Source: Actinomycetota bacterium (GTDB lineage: Bacteria; Actinomycetota; Thermoleophilia; Solirubrobacterales; Thermoleophilaceae). From it: a DNA stretch of 64,000 bases. The DNA lies in the NCBI GenBank assembly GCA_046735115.1, contig JBKPSR010000012.1, forward strand, positions 3,317-67,316, written 5' to 3'. This document shows positions 1 through 10,094 of the stretch, in pieces. Below the pieces are notes generated by a model. The model did not search any database. It was not told where the DNA came from and was given only the letters and a program-made list of their open reading frames with translations. A program made the translations under genes and the position numbers. Positions within the stretch are counted from its first letter, which is position 1; the number at the start of each line of letters is the position of its first letter.

Positions 1-801
1 ACGCGCCGGACCGGCATCTACCGGTCATTCAGATGGGGAGCGAATCTCGAGATCTTCCTCCCGGATCTCCGCTCGTTCCGGAGCGCCGACGCTGGCGCGG
101 CGGGGCGTTGCGCGAACCCGATCACGGGGAGACCGGACATTGCGCCGACTCTCCCCACCGACTTGCGGAAGCGCCTTTCGCGGTATCGCCGCGATCTGTC
201 CGCCGGCGTCCGAAAAGGGTGCACGGACGCGATTGCCGATCCGCGCCGGACGATGATGGGATCGCGGCAGTTCAGGCAGTTCGCACGCGACATCCGCGGC
301 TCGGGCGCCACCTTCAAGGTGATCCTGAGCTCGGTCCCGGTTCAGCAGCTTTACGGCTTTCCGCTCGACCGGTGGGAAGGATTCGAGCCGGCCCGTCAGC
401 GCCTGCTCCGCTTCCTGCAGGAGAACATCCCCAACGTCGTCTTTCTCAGCGCGGATGCCCACGGAGCATTCATCAACGAGGTGATGCTCCGGACCGTCGA
501 GGCGGGCGGCCCGGCGGGCACGGGCATATACGAGGCCGTGGCGGGGCCCGTCGCGGCGCTCACCTACAGCGGTGCGCTGGGCTCTGCGGGCGCCGCGCTC
601 GGCTTCACAACCGAGCTTTTCAAGCCGCCTCGCCCGCAGGGCCTGGGCATGTCGTGCGCCCAGCCCAGCGTCTATTCGTACGCGGACACGCTGGCCACGT
701 CGGAGACACTGACGATCACGCTGCGGGATGAGCGGGGCCAGCCAGTGATCGATCTCGCTACGGGCGCGGCCTGCCCGCCGCTTGTGATCCGGAGGCGTTA
801 G
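1..801 (+). CDS. PhoD-like metallophosphatase (alkaline phosphatase D family), C-terminal part; 5' end outside window
   Basis: Frame 1 is open from nt 1 to TAG 799-801 with high GC3. Translation ..IYRSFRWGANLEIFLPDLRSFRS.., ..FKVILSSVPVQQLY..LDRWEGF.., ..VVFLSADAHGAFINEV.. resembles the PhoD-family core by eye. The track start at 163 is an internal TTG. Confidence 0.6.
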   Translation, partial: TRRTGIYRSFRWGANLEIFLPDLRSFRSADAGAAGRCANPITGRPDIAPTLPTDLRKRLSRYRRDLSAGVRKGCTDAIADPRRTMMGSRQFRQFARDIRGSGATFKVILSSVPVQQLYGFPLDRWEGFEPARQRLLRFLQENIPNVVFLSADAHGAFINEVMLRTVEAGGPAGTGIYEAVAGPVAALTYSGALGSAGAALGFTTELFKPPRPQGLGMSCAQPSVYSYADTLATSETLTITLRDERGQPVIDLATGAACPPLVIRRR

Positions 802-2174
802 TCCCGCATCGCGGGGAAGAGCACGACCTCGCGGATGCCGTGGCGCCCGCTCAGGATCATCACGAGCCGGTCGATCCCGATGCCGATGCCGCCGGTGGGC
901 GGCATGCCGTAAGCCAGGGCCTGTAGGTAGTCCTCGTCGAAGGGCTGGGTTTCCTCGTCGCCGGCGGCCTGGTCGCGCCGCTGCTGCTCGAAGCGGGCGC
1001 GCTGCTCGTCGGGATCGTTCAGCTCCGTGAAGGCGTTCGCGTACTCCATGCCGGCCGCGAATGCCTCGAAGCGCTCCACGAGCCCTTCCTCCGAGCGGTG
1101 ATCCTTCGCGAACGGCGAGAGCTCCTTCGGGTAGTCCATGATCAGGGTGGGGTCCTGGAGGTCGGGCTCGACCCGCTTCGAGAGCAGCTCGTCGACCCGC
1201 TTGGCCCAGGTGCCCTCGCCGGGGAGCTCCTCGTCGCCGTAGACGTCGATCCCCGTCTTGTCCCTGATCGCGTCGCGCAGGGTGATGCGCTTCCACGGGC
1301 GCGAGAAGTCGATCGGTCCCTCGTAGCCGACCTCCTCGGCGACGAACGAGATCAGCTCCTCCAGGCGGTCGGCGATGTCGTTGTAGTCCGCGTACGCCTC
1401 GTACCACTCGAGCATCGTGAACTCGGGGTTGTGCTTGTGCGAGATGCCCTCGTTGCGGAAGTCCTTCCCGATCTCGTAGACCCGCTCGAGGCCGCCCACG
1501 ATCAGGCGCTTCAGGTAGAGCTCGTCGGCGATCCGCAGGAACAGGTCGCGGTCGAGCGCGTTGTGGTGCGTCACGAACGGCCTCGAGAGCGCGCCGCCGT
1601 AGAGCGGCTGGAGGATCGGCGTCTCGACCTCCAGGAAGCCACGCTCGTCGAGCCAGCGCCGGATGGCGCGGACGACCTTGGTCCGGAGGATGAAGAGCTC
1701 GCGCGTCTCCGGGTTGGCGACGAGATCGACCTCTCTATGTCTGTAACGAGTCTCGACGTCCTCGAGCCCAAAGTGCTCCTTGGGTATGTCCCGAAGCGAC
1801 TTGGCGAGGAGCGTCCAGTCGCTCACCGCGAGGCTCAGCTGACCGCGCCGGGTCTTGAACGCCGTTCCATCCACACCGATGAGGTCCCCGATGTCCAGGG
1901 CCACAAGGCGGTCGAACGACTTCTCGCCCAGCACGTCCCTCTTCGCATGCAGCTGGATCTTGCCCTCACGGTCCGCGAGATCGATGAACGCGGCTCCGCC
2001 CTGGTCGCGCCGGGCAACCATTCGGCCCGCCACGCGATAGGCGCGATCGGTTTCCTCGCCGGGGTCGAGATCGTCGACAACCGACGACGTGGCAACGACC
2101 CCCGGGAATCCGTGCGGGAAGGGGTCGATGCCCTGCGCGCGCAGGCGCTCGAGCTTGGCCCGGCGGTCATCCAC
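798..2174 (-). CDS. lysS: Lysine--tRNA ligase (class II)
   Basis: 458-aa ORF with an OB-fold N-terminus (..AFIDLADREGKIQLH..) and class II motifs ..FLEVETPILQ.., ..YEIGKDFRNEG.., ..GGIGIGIDRLVMIL... Converges on the PhoD-like gene with a 4-nt overlap. Confidence 0.95.
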   Translation of the reverse strand: MDDRRAKLERLRAQGIDPFPHGFPGVVATSSVVDDLDPGEETDRAYRVAGRMVARRDQGGAAFIDLADREGKIQLHAKRDVLGEKSFDRLVALDIGDLIGVDGTAFKTRRGQLSLAVSDWTLLAKSLRDIPKEHFGLEDVETRYRHREVDLVANPETRELFILRTKVVRAIRRWLDERGFLEVETPILQPLYGGALSRPFVTHHNALDRDLFLRIADELYLKRLIVGGLERVYEIGKDFRNEGISHKHNPEFTMLEWYEAYADYNDIADRLEELISFVAEEVGYEGPIDFSRPWKRITLRDAIRDKTGIDVYGDEELPGEGTWAKRVDELLSKRVEPDLQDPTLIMDYPKELSPFAKDHRSEEGLVERFEAFAAGMEYANAFTELNDPDEQRARFEQQRRDQAAGDEETQPFDEDYLQALAYGMPPTGGIGIGIDRLVMILSGRHGIREVVLFPAMRD

Positions 2175-2189
2175 GCGCCGGGAGGCTAC

Positions 2190-2666
2190 TCAGCGCTCGA
2201 TCTTGGTGATCTTGAGCTTGCGTGCGGGGCCGCGGGGCACCTGCACGCTGACCGTCTCGCCGCGCTTGTGGCCGATCAGTGCACGGCCCACGGGGGACTC
2301 GTTCGAGAGCTTGTTGCCGGAGGGGTCGGCCTCGGCGGAGCCGACGATCTTGTACTTCACCGACTTGTCGGTCTTCTGGTCCTTGACGTGCACGGTGACG
2401 CCGACGCTCACGACATCCGTGTCGACCGACTTCGCGTCGATCACGCGGGCGTTCCGCAGCTTCTCCTCGAGGTCCGCGATCTGCTTCTCGAGCATCGCCT
2501 GCTCGTTCTTGGCGTCGTCGTACTCCGCATTCTCGGAGATGTCGCCGAACTCGCGCGCCTCCTTGATGCGCTCGGCCACCTCGCGGCGCCGGTCGCCGCT
2601 GAGGAAGTCGATCTTGGCCTTGAGCTCTTTGAGGCCTTCGGGTGTGAGAACGGTCTCTCGTGCCAT
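2190..2666 (-). CDS. greA: Transcription elongation factor GreA
   Basis: 158 aa. N-terminal coiled coil with ..GDISENAEYDDAK.. and a C-terminal FKBP-like part ..SPVGRALIGHKRGETVSV... Confidence 0.95.
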   Translation of the reverse strand: MARETVLTPEGLKELKAKIDFLSGDRRREVAERIKEAREFGDISENAEYDDAKNEQAMLEKQIADLEEKLRNARVIDAKSVDTDVVSVGVTVHVKDQKTDKSVKYKIVGSAEADPSGNKLSNESPVGRALIGHKRGETVSVQVPRGPARKLKITKIER

Positions 2667-2745
2667 AAGAAAAACCCCCGTCTTTCCTTGCGGAGGGAGC
2701 CGAGGAGTGTAGCAATCCCCTATACGTCCGAAAGGGTGCTTTTGA

Positions 2746-2991
2746 TCAAGTTTCGAAGCTTTCAGCGAGCTTTCCGAGGCGTCTCACCTCCGCCTCGATC
2801 TCGGGTGCACGGTTGCCCGGATCGCTGTTCAGGAGCTCGATGCTGTCGGCGATCCGGACCACGCGATGACGGATGCGAGCAGCGTCGCCGTGCCGAGGAG
2901 CCCACAGCTCCGTCGACGGCCGAAGCCGGGCCGCGGCGCCCGCGGAGGCCGTGGCGCTCGCGATCGCGAAGCCAATGCTCGTGAGGATCAC
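2746..2991 (-). CDS. Hypothetical small protein (hydrophobic N-terminus)
   Basis: GTG-started 81-aa ORF with high GC3 between dus and greA. N-terminus ILTSIGFAIASATASAGAAA looks membrane-like. No family recognised. Region 3000-3075 shows coding-like bias in another frame, so the boundaries are uncertain. Confidence 0.35.
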   Translation of the reverse strand: MILTSIGFAIASATASAGAAARLRPSTELWAPRHGDAARIRHRVVRIADSIELLNSDPGNRAPEIEAEVRRLGKLAESFET

Positions 2992-3156
2992 GCGCGCATC
3001 GCCGTCGCTGAAGGACCCGGGTCAGGAGCGCGATCACGGCTGCGATCGCGGCACAGGAGAGGCCCGTCACGAGCGCGAATGCCGGCGAAGCCGCGGATGG
3101 ACGCGATGTCCGCGGTGACCCGGACTGTTTCGGCAACGTGCTACAGAAACCTTGAG

Positions 3157-4146
3157 TTAAGCAGCGGCGGGCATAGCCGGCTGGGCTACGGCCCGCCAGA
3201 GTTCCCGCGCGTGGGCCGACGTCGGTGCGGTTACGAGCGGCTGGCGCTCGCGCTTCGACAGGCCCAGGCGGTCCGCGTACCACGGATAGAACTTCCGCAG
3301 ATAGCGGCCGGCGCGGTCGACCCCGAGGTGGTCCTCGGCGGAGGCGATCACCCACTCCAGCTCGGTGAGCACCTCGTCGGGCGAGGGGTCGCCCTCGTAG
3401 ACGCCGAGCAGGCGGCCGAACAGCCAGGGGTTGCCGAGCGCGCCGCGGGCGAGCATCACGGCCTCCGCACCGCTCTCCTCGAACGCCGTCAGCACGCGTT
3501 CCTCGGTCGACAGGCCGCCCGAGAGCAGCACCGGCACGGGCAGCGACTCCACGAGCTCGCGCGCGAGCGCGTAGTCCGGCGCGCCTGAATGTTGCTGCGA
3601 GGCGTGGCGGGGGTGGAAGGCGATGCCGGCCACCCCGGCCTCCTCGACGAGGCGACGCGCCAGCTCGACGCCGCGCGTGTCGCCCGGCTCGTGCCCGGGG
3701 CGGAGCTTCACCGTCACGGGCAGACCACTGCCCTCGCGGGCGGCGGTCGCGATCGCCACCGCACGGGCGGGATCGCCCAGCAGGGCGGCGCCGGCACCCG
3801 TCTTGCAGACCTTCCGGACCGGGCAGCCCATGTTGAGGTCGATGACGTCCGCCCCCGCGACCGCGACGATCGCCGCCGCCTCGCGCATGACGGACGCGTC
3901 GTGGCCGAAGAGCTGCATCGACACCGGGTGCTCGTCTGGGTGGATGCGCAGGAACTCGCGGTGGGTGCGCGCGTCGCCGTGAACCAGGCCGAAGCTCGAC
4001 ACCATCTCGGACACGACGAGGCCGGCGCCGTGCCGCCTCGCCTGGAGCCGCACGAACCAGTTGCCAATGCCGGCGAGCGGCGCGAGCACCATGCGGTTGG
4101 CGACCCTCAGGCCGCCGAGCGTCCACGTGTCGTTGAGCGAGCGCAC
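3157..4146 (-). CDS. dus: tRNA-dihydrouridine synthase
   Basis: 329 aa. ..VLAPLAGIGN.., ..VIDLNMGCPVRKV.. (catalytic Cys region) and ..VTVKLR.. are typical of the Dus FMN TIM barrel. Confidence 0.9.
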   Translation of the reverse strand: MRSLNDTWTLGGLRVANRMVLAPLAGIGNWFVRLQARRHGAGLVVSEMVSSFGLVHGDARTHREFLRIHPDEHPVSMQLFGHDASVMREAAAIVAVAGADVIDLNMGCPVRKVCKTGAGAALLGDPARAVAIATAAREGSGLPVTVKLRPGHEPGDTRGVELARRLVEEAGVAGIAFHPRHASQQHSGAPDYALARELVESLPVPVLLSGGLSTEERVLTAFEESGAEAVMLARGALGNPWLFGRLLGVYEGDPSPDEVLTELEWVIASAEDHLGVDRAGRYLRKFYPWYADRLGLSKRERQPLVTAPTSAHARELWRAVAQPAMPAAA

Positions 4147-4164
4147 GGGGAGAAGTTAGCGCCG

Positions 4165-4593
4165 CTACGCGGCGTCGCGCGGATCGGTGCCGTCGGCCAG
4201 GACCCGCAGCTCGTTCTCGGCGTGGACCAGCTCGATCAGGCGGCGGACGGCCGAGGACGGTCGGGCGATCGCGATGCTGCCGCCGTCGCCGCGGGCCCGG
4301 CGGGTGGCTCGAAGCAGCACGCCGAGTCCGTGCAAGTCCATGAAGTCGACGTCGCGCAGGTCGAGCACCACCCGCTTCTTCCGCCCGAGCAGCCGGTTGA
4401 CCGCCTCGCCGACGCGCGGTGCGGTGGCGGCGTCGACCTCCCCCTGAACGCGGACGACGGTCACCCTTCCGAGATCATCGACGGACACCTCAAATGGATG
4501 CGGGCGAACCCGAGCGGCCAGAACGAATCCTTTGTGTACGTCGAGTCCGCTCCGGCGCTCGCGGTGGCCGCCGGGCGCGTCCGGTCCGAACAT
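4165..4593 (-). CDS. STAS-domain protein (anti-sigma-factor antagonist family)
   Basis: ..VTVVRVQGEVDAATAPRVGEAV..VVLDLRDVDFMDLHGLGVLL.. is SpoIIAA/RsbV-like. No partner kinase is adjacent. Confidence 0.75.
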   Translation of the reverse strand: MFGPDAPGGHRERRSGLDVHKGFVLAARVRPHPFEVSVDDLGRVTVVRVQGEVDAATAPRVGEAVNRLLGRKKRVVLDLRDVDFMDLHGLGVLLRATRRARGDGGSIAIARPSSAVRRLIELVHAENELRVLADGTDPRDAA

Positions 4594-4620
4594 ACACCCG
4601 GTTTGGGGTAATTGGAACGA

Positions 4621-5388
4621 CTAGGCGCTGTTCCGTTCCCAGATCAGCTTTAGCCCCTGGAGCGTGAGCCGGTCGTCCACCTCGTCGACCTGCTCGCAGA
4701 ACGGCACGATGGCGTCCGCGAAGCCGCCCGTCGCGATCGCGGTGGCCTCCTCGGCGAGCTCTTCGCGGATACGCCCGAGGATGCCGTCCACCTGGCCCGC
4801 GAACCCATAGACCACGCCGGCCTGGATCGCCTCCTGGGTGCCCTTGCCGATGGCATGGCGCGGCTGCTCGATCTCGACCCGCGGCAGCCGCGCGGCTCGC
4901 GCCGACAGCGCCTCGAGCGATATCTCGATGCCGGGCGAGATCACGCCGCCCAGGTACTCGCCGGCCGCGGAGACGACGTCGTAGTTGATCGCCGTGCCGA
5001 AGTCCACGGCGATGCAGGCGCCGCCTACCCGCTCGTAGGCCGCGATGGCGTTGACGAGGCGGTCGGCGCCCAGTTCCTGCGGCCGGTCGATCCGGATCGG
5101 CATCCCGCTCTTGATGTCCGGGCCGACGAGCAGGCCGCGGTCGTCGAAGTAGCGCCGGATCACGATCTCGTACTCGTGCGCGAGGGTCGGGACCACCGCC
5201 GAGACCATGACCGCGTGGACGTCGCTCAGCCGGAGGTCGCGGAGGCCGAGCAGTCCCGCCAGCACCGTGGCGAGCTCGTCAGCGGTGGCGAAGCGCGCGG
5301 TGGCGAAGCGCCAGTGCTGAACGAGCTCGTCGCCATCGAACATCCCCACGTGAGTCTGGGTGTTGCCGACGTCTATGGCGAGCAGCAC
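4621..5388 (-). CDS. coaX: Type III pantothenate kinase
   Basis: 255 aa. MLLAIDVGNTQTHVG.., ..GADRLVNAIAA.. and ..AVDFGTAINYDVV.. are CoaX/ASKHA-fold motifs. Confidence 0.9.
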   Translation of the reverse strand: MLLAIDVGNTQTHVGMFDGDELVQHWRFATARFATADELATVLAGLLGLRDLRLSDVHAVMVSAVVPTLAHEYEIVIRRYFDDRGLLVGPDIKSGMPIRIDRPQELGADRLVNAIAAYERVGGACIAVDFGTAINYDVVSAAGEYLGGVISPGIEISLEALSARAARLPRVEIEQPRHAIGKGTQEAIQAGVVYGFAGQVDGILGRIREELAEEATAIATGGFADAIVPFCEQVDEVDDRLTLQGLKLIWERNSA

Positions 5389-5397
5389 GCGCGCAGC

Positions 5398-6171
5398 CTA
5401 CGGCTTCAGCGGCGCGCCCATCGCGTGAAAGCCGCCGTCCACGTGCACGATCTCGCCGGTCACTCCCCGGGCGAGGTCCGACAGGAGGAAGAGGACGGCA
5501 TCGGCAACCGGGGCGGGGTCCGAGGTGTCCCAGCCGAGCGGCGCCTGCTTGCCCCACAGCCCGGCGAGCGTCTCGAAGCCGGGAATGCCCTGAGCTGCCG
5601 GCGTCTCCACCGGGCCCGCCGAGATCAGGTTCACGCGCACCTTCTGCTCGCCGAGGTCGCGCGCCAGGTAGCGGGAGACCGACTCGAGCGCCGCCTTGGC
5701 CACGCCCATCCAGTCGTAGACCGGCCACGCCACGCCCGCGTCGAAGTCCATCCCGACGAGGCTGCCGCCGTCGTCCATCAGCGGGGCGAGCGCCTCCGCG
5801 AGCGCCTTGAACGAGTAGGCGCTCGTGCGGAAGGCGACCTCAGCGGACTCGGGCGGCGCCGTCATGAAGTTCCCGCCGAGCGCGTCGCCGGGCGCGAAGG
5901 CGATCGCGTGGAGCGCACCGTCGACGCCGCCCCAGCGCGAGCGCAGGTCGTCCGTGAGCGCCTCGAAGTCGGCCGGGTTGTTCACGTCGAGCTCGAGCAC
6001 GTCCGGCGGGTTTGGCAGGCGCGAGGCGGCACGCTCGGTCATCCGCCGAGTGCGTCCGAAGCCGGTGAGCACGATCTGGGCACCCTCCTGCTGCGCGCGC
6101 TCCGCGACCGTGTAGGCAATGCTGCCCTTCGTCAGCACCCCGGTGATGAGCAGGCGCTTGTCGGCGAGCAT
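5398..6171 (-). CDS. fabI: Enoyl-ACP reductase (NADH), InhA/FabI type
   Basis: Starts MLADKRLLITGV... SDR fold with ..YDWMGVAKAALES.. (Y/K pair) and ..NLISAGPVET... The ATG at 6171 shares 1 nt with the TGA of the upstream maoC-like gene. The track ORF (to 6210) has a 13-aa Arg/Ala extension. Confidence 0.85.
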   Translation of the reverse strand: MLADKRLLITGVLTKGSIAYTVAERAQQEGAQIVLTGFGRTRRMTERAASRLPNPPDVLELDVNNPADFEALTDDLRSRWGGVDGALHAIAFAPGDALGGNFMTAPPESAEVAFRTSAYSFKALAEALAPLMDDGGSLVGMDFDAGVAWPVYDWMGVAKAALESVSRYLARDLGEQKVRVNLISAGPVETPAAQGIPGFETLAGLWGKQAPLGWDTSDPAPVADAVLFLLSDLARGVTGEIVHVDGGFHAMGAPLKP

Positions 6172-6839
6172 CAGTCCGGCGGCGCGAGCGCCGGGTCGCC
6201 GCCGCGCCACACGAGCTCGACGGTCGCCCGCACGGCCAGCCGGCCGTGCTGGTTCACGATCCGGAGGCGCGCCTCGACGAGGCCGTGATCCGGATCGAGC
6301 TCCTGCGTGCGCGAGATCTCACCTTCCACGTGCAAGGTGTCGCCGATCTTCACAGGTTGCTTGAAGATGGCGTCGCCAAGCCGGCGCAGCGCGACAACCC
6401 GGTCCGGGTCGAGCGGCAGCAGGCCGACGGCGAAGGAGAGGACGAGCAGCCCGTGGGCGATCTGCTCGCCGAAGCGGCTCTCCGCGGCCCAGTCCGGATC
6501 GACATGCTGGGGATGCGCGTCGCCCGTCAGGTCGGCGAACTCGAGGATCTCGCCCTCGCCGACCGTCCGGGCGGCGGTCACGAAGCGATCGCCGACGGCG
6601 AGCTCGACGAACGAGCTGCCGAAGAGCTCGGCGGCGGCGGCCGCAAGCACGGCGGGTGAGCCGCTGGCGGGTGAGCCGCTGGCCGGCGAGTCGGCGGCGT
6701 CGGGCGGCGCGGAATCGGCGGCCGGCATCGGCGCGCCGAGCTCCTCGACGGGCACCGACTCGGCCGGTGCTCCGGTCGCGGACGCGTCGGCGGGTGCGGG
6801 CGCGCGGCCCGCTCCCTGTGTCGGTACCGCGGTGGTCAC
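6171..6839 (-). CDS. MaoC-like (R)-hydratase/dehydratase hot-dog protein with low-complexity N-terminal region
   Basis: GTG at 6839 overlaps the TGA of the SGNH gene (GTGA). The C-terminal 140 aa carry the hydratase-2-like motif ..EFADLTGDAHPQHVD... The first ~80 aa are Ala/Pro/Ser rich and include a 15-bp tandem (SPASG x2). The track ORF 6171..7505 is a read-through artefact. Confidence 0.75.
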   Translation of the reverse strand: MTTAVPTQGAGRAPAPADASATGAPAESVPVEELGAPMPAADSAPPDAADSPASGSPASGSPAVLAAAAAELFGSSFVELAVGDRFVTAARTVGEGEILEFADLTGDAHPQHVDPDWAAESRFGEQIAHGLLVLSFAVGLLPLDPDRVVALRRLGDAIFKQPVKIGDTLHVEGEISRTQELDPDHGLVEARLRIVNQHGRLAVRATVELVWRGGDPALAPPD

Positions 6840-7420
6840 GCCGTGCTCGGCCGGAAGCGATGTCGGAGTGCGCGCAGGAACTCGCGCGCCGCCGCGCGAT
6901 GGCCCTCCGCCGAGGGGTGGAAGCCGTCTTCGGCGAACGTGCCACGTTCCGCCGTGGCCGGGTGGTCGAAGCCCTCCAGCAGGACAACGTGATGCCGGCG
7001 CGCCACCGCCCGGCATGCCTCGTTGAAGCGCCTCATGCTCCGCTCCACGCGGCTCTGCGACCGCGGCCGCAGCTCCAGGAACCGCGAGATGTCCGGGTAG
7101 GTCGCCGTCATGATCATCACGTCGGGCAGCTCGCGCCGCAGCCGCGAGAACATCCGCGACAGCCGCCTGGCGTAGGCGTCGACGTCCGGCCGGGTGTCGA
7201 GGAGCACGTCGTTCGCGCCGCACACAAGCGTCACGACGTCCGGCGAGAGCTCGAGCGCCTCCACGAGCTGGTCTCGCTCCACGTGCTCGCTGGTCGCGCC
7301 CACCTCGGCGAGGTTGACGTAGCTGGCGCCCAGCGACCGCGCGAGCTCGTCCGGCCAGCGCGGAACCGCCGGGTCGACGCCGGCGGTGAAGCTGTCGCCC
7401 ATGGCAACGTAGGTGGTCAC
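6836..7420 (-). CDS. SGNH/GDSL-family hydrolase
   Basis: 194 aa. Block I ..YVAMGDSFTAG.., block III ..CGANDV.., block V ..DGFHPS... 4-nt overlaps at both ends. Confidence 0.8.
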   Translation of the reverse strand: MTTYVAMGDSFTAGVDPAVPRWPDELARSLGASYVNLAEVGATSEHVERDQLVEALELSPDVVTLVCGANDVLLDTRPDVDAYARRLSRMFSRLRRELPDVMIMTATYPDISRFLELRPRSQSRVERSMRRFNEACRAVARRHHVVLLEGFDHPATAERGTFAEDGFHPSAEGHRAAAREFLRALRHRFRPSTA

Positions 7421-8898
7421 AGCGGGATGTTCCCTCCACCATTGCCGTACTCACCGGGGCCGGACAGCCCCGCGAGGGCGCCCGCCAAGCGCCGGCGCGT
7501 CTCATGCGGCGCCACCAGCTCGTCGATGAAGCCCTCGCGCGCGGCGATCGCGGCCGAGACGTGGTCCGCCTCGTACGCCGCGGCGAGCCGGTCGCGCTCG
7601 GCGTCCGGATCGTCGGCAGCGGCGATGTCGCGCCGGTGCACGATCCCCACCGCCTGCTTCGCGCCCATGATCCCGATCTGCGCGTCGGGCCAGGCGAGCG
7701 CGAGGTCCGCGCCCAGATCCTTCGAGTTCATCGTGATGAAGCCGCCGCCGTAAGCCTTGCGGAGGACGACCGTCACCTTCGGCACCACGGCCTCGGCGAA
7801 CGCGTGCAGCAGCTTCGCACCGTGCCGGATCACACCGAGTCCCTCCTGCTTCGTCCCCGGGAGGAAGCCGGGTGTATCGACCAGTACCACGAGCGGGAGG
7901 CCGTAGGAGTTGCAGCTGCGCACGAACTTCGCGGCCTTCTGCGACGCGTCCGCGTCGATCACCCCGCCCAGGTACCAGGGCTGGTTCGCGATCACACCCA
8001 CCGCGCGGCCGTCGATCCGGCAGAACGCCGTGACCATGTTGCGCGCCCAGCGCGATGAGACCTCGAGCAGCTCCTCGTTGTCCACGAGCGCCCGGATCAC
8101 GTCGCGCACGTCGTAGACCTTTCGTGCCGAGGTGGGCACGTGCTCGGCCGGATCGTGAGCGGGGACCGGCGCCGGTATCCCGTGCGGGGGCGTCTCGCCC
8201 GCCCGCTGCGGCAGGTGCGCCAGCAGCTCACGGACGAGGCCGACGGCCTCGTGATCGTTGCCCGCCACGAACTGGCAGACGCCGTTCTTAGCGTGCACCC
8301 TCGGACCGCCGAGCTCCTGCGCGTCGACGTCCTCGCCGGTCACCTCGCGCACCACGCCCGGGCCGGTGAGGAACATCGCGGAGCCCTCGGTCATCACGAC
8401 GAAGTCGGTCAGCGCCGGCGAGTAGGCGCCACCGCCAGCCGACACGCCCGTGATCACGGAGATCTGCGGCACGCGGCCCGACAGCTTCACGCTCTCGCGG
8501 AAGATGCGCCCATAGCCTGCGAGCGCCGCGATGCCGTCGTCCATGCGCGCGCCGCCCGAGGCGACGAACCCGATCACCGGGGCACCCGCACGGCCGGCGA
8601 GCTCCATCACTCGCACGATCGTCTCGGCATGCGCCTCGCCGAGCGAGCCGCCGGCGAATGACTGGTCCTGCGCGTAGCAGTAGACCGGCCGGCGCGCGAT
8701 GGTGCCGGCCGCGCCCACGACGCCGTCGCCTTCCCGCATCCGCTTCGACTCGCGCCGTGGCAGCACGGTCGAGCGGATCACGTGCAGCGAGCCGGGGTCG
8801 CAGAGCAGCTCCAGGCGATCCATCGCCGTGACCTCGCGCGGCTCCTTCAGGAGCGGCGAGATCCGCTCGGCGGGCATCCTGTCCGCAAGTGCGCTCAT
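7417..8898 (-). CDS. accD: Acyl-CoA carboxylase carboxyltransferase (beta) subunit, AccD6-like
   Basis: Starts MSALADRM at 8898 (ATGA overlap with the fabF stop). Carboxyl_trans-type sequence ..[14 protein letters not shown].., ..[19 protein letters not shown].., ..[13 protein letters not shown].., ..[11 protein letters not shown]... Confidence 0.85.
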   Translation of the reverse strand: MSALADRMPAERISPLLKEPREVTAMDRLELLCDPGSLHVIRSTVLPRRESKRMREGDGVVGAAGTIARRPVYCYAQDQSFAGGSLGEAHAETIVRVMELAGRAGAPVIGFVASGGARMDDGIAALAGYGRIFRESVKLSGRVPQISVITGVSAGGGAYSPALTDFVVMTEGSAMFLTGPGVVREVTGEDVDAQELGGPRVHAKNGVCQFVAGNDHEAVGLVRELLAHLPQRAGETPPHGIPAPVPAHDPAEHVPTSARKVYDVRDVIRALVDNEELLEVSSRWARNMVTAFCRIDGRAVGVIANQPWYLGGVIDADASQKAAKFVRSCNSYGLPLVVLVDTPGFLPGTKQEGLGVIRHGAKLLHAFAEAVVPKVTVVLRKAYGGGFITMNSKDLGADLALAWPDAQIGIMGAKQAVGIVHRRDIAAADDPDAERDRLAAAYEADHVSAAIAAREGFIDELVAPHETRRRLAGALAGLSGPGEYGNGGGNIPL

Positions 8899-10094
8899 GA
8901 AGCCTCCAGGCAGATGACGGCGTTGTGTCCGCCGAACCCGAACGCGTTCGACAGCCCGACAGCGCGGACGTCGCCGTTCGAGAGCGGGCGTGCCTCGTTG
9001 GGCACGTAGTCGAGGTCGAGGCCCTCGTCGGGCTCGTCGTAGTTCAGCGTGGGCGGCGCGATCCGGTCGCGCAGCGCCAGGAGCGTGGCGATCGACTCCA
9101 CGGCGCCCGCGGCGCCGAGCAGGTGACCGATTGCGGACTTGGTCGAGCTGACCGGCACCTTCGCCGCCAGCTCCTCGCCCAGGGCCACCTTGATCGCGTT
9201 CGTCTCGGCGCGGTCGTTGAGCGGGGTCGAGGTGCCGTGCGCGTTCACGTACAGCACGTCCTTCGGCCCGAGGTCCGCGTCCTTCAGCGCGAGCTCCATC
9301 GCGCGGGCGGCGCCGCGGCCGCTCGGCTCCGGCGCCGTCAGGTGATGGGCGTCGGAGGTCGACGCGTAGCCGCGGACGTAGCCGAGGATGCGCGCGCCGC
9401 GCTCGCGGGCCGCCTCCTCCTCCTCCAGCACGAGAATGCCGGCGCCCTCGCCCATTACGAAGCCGTCGCGCCGGCGGTCGAACGGGCGCGAGATCCCGGA
9501 GTCGCTGAGCGCGTCCATCTTCCCGAAGGCCGCGGTGGCCAGCGGGGTGATGGCCGCCTCGCTGCCGCCGGTCACGACCGCGTCGGCGTCGCCGTAGCGG
9601 ATCAGCCGCTCGGCCATGCCGATCGCGTGCGCGCCGGCCGCGCAGGCCGAGACCGTCCCGAAGGACTGGCCGCGCAGGTCGTGCTTCATCGCAACCACGC
9701 CCGAGGCCGCATTGGCCATCAGCAACGGGATGGACAGCGGCGAGATGCGCTCGGCGCCCTCCTGCTGCAGCACGATGTGCTGCGCCTCGAGCGTGCCGAT
9801 GCCGCCGATGCCGGTCCCGATGACCGAGGCCGTGCGCTCTGGGTCGTACGGCGTCCCGTCCCAGCCGGCGTCGTCGATCGCCTCCTTGGCGGCCGCGAGC
9901 GCGAGCTGGGTGAAGCGGTCCGAGCGACGCACCTCCTTGTTGGAGAGGTGCTCCTTGGGCTCGAACTCGGTCGCGCGACCGTAGCCGTCCTCGATCCCGG
10001 ACACGCCCGCCGTCCACCGCTCGTGAAGCGCGCGAGCGCCCACGCCGAGCGGCGTGACGGCGCCTACGCCAGTGATGACAACAGACCGCGTCAT
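8895..10094 (-). CDS. fabF: 3-oxoacyl-ACP synthase II (KAS II)
   Basis: 399 aa. Active-site Cys context ..[15 protein letters not shown].., His motifs ..[10 protein letters not shown].. and ..[14 protein letters not shown]... ATGA overlap with the acpP stop. Confidence 0.92.
   Translation of the reverse strand: MTRSVVITGVGAVTPLGVGARALHERWTAGVSGIEDGYGRATEFEPKEHLSNKEVRRSDRFTQLALAAAKEAIDDAGWDGTPYDPERTASVIGTGIGGIGTLEAQHIVLQQEGAERISPLSIPLLMANAASGVVAMKHDLRGQSFGTVSACAAGAHAIGMAERLIRYGDADAVVTGGSEAAITPLATAAFGKMDALSDSGISRPFDRRRDGFVMGEGAGILVLEEEEAARERGARILGYVRGYASTSDAHHLTAPEPSGRGAARAMELALKDADLGPKDVLYVNAHGTSTPLNDRAETNAIKVALGEELAAKVPVSSTKSAIGHLLGAAGAVESIATLLALRDRIAPPTLNYDEPDEGLDLDYVPNEARPLSNGDVRAVGLSNAFGFGGHNAVICLEAS

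Noticed and set aside
163-801. Track start (TTG 163) for the first ORF
   Set aside because: The frame is open and PhoD-like back to nt 1, so the gene is treated as a 5'-truncated fragment rather than a 212-aa protein.
1098-2984. 628-aa plus-strand ORF antisense to lysS and greA
   Set aside because: Its Arg/Leu/Asp/Val-rich composition is typical of antisense translation in high-GC DNA. The opposite strand encodes unmistakable LysRS and GreA. No independent motif was seen.
7417-10017. Very long track ORFs that look like giant fusion proteins (7417..10017, 6171..7505, 10364..12058, 41099..42751, 45290..47629, 51670..53730, 58885..60513, 35047..36627)
   Set aside because: In each case the N-terminal part is Arg/Pro/Gly-rich read-through across the upstream gene in another frame. 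A start codon overlapping the upstream stop (ATGA/GTGA) gives a protein of canonical length. I trimmed them accordingly.
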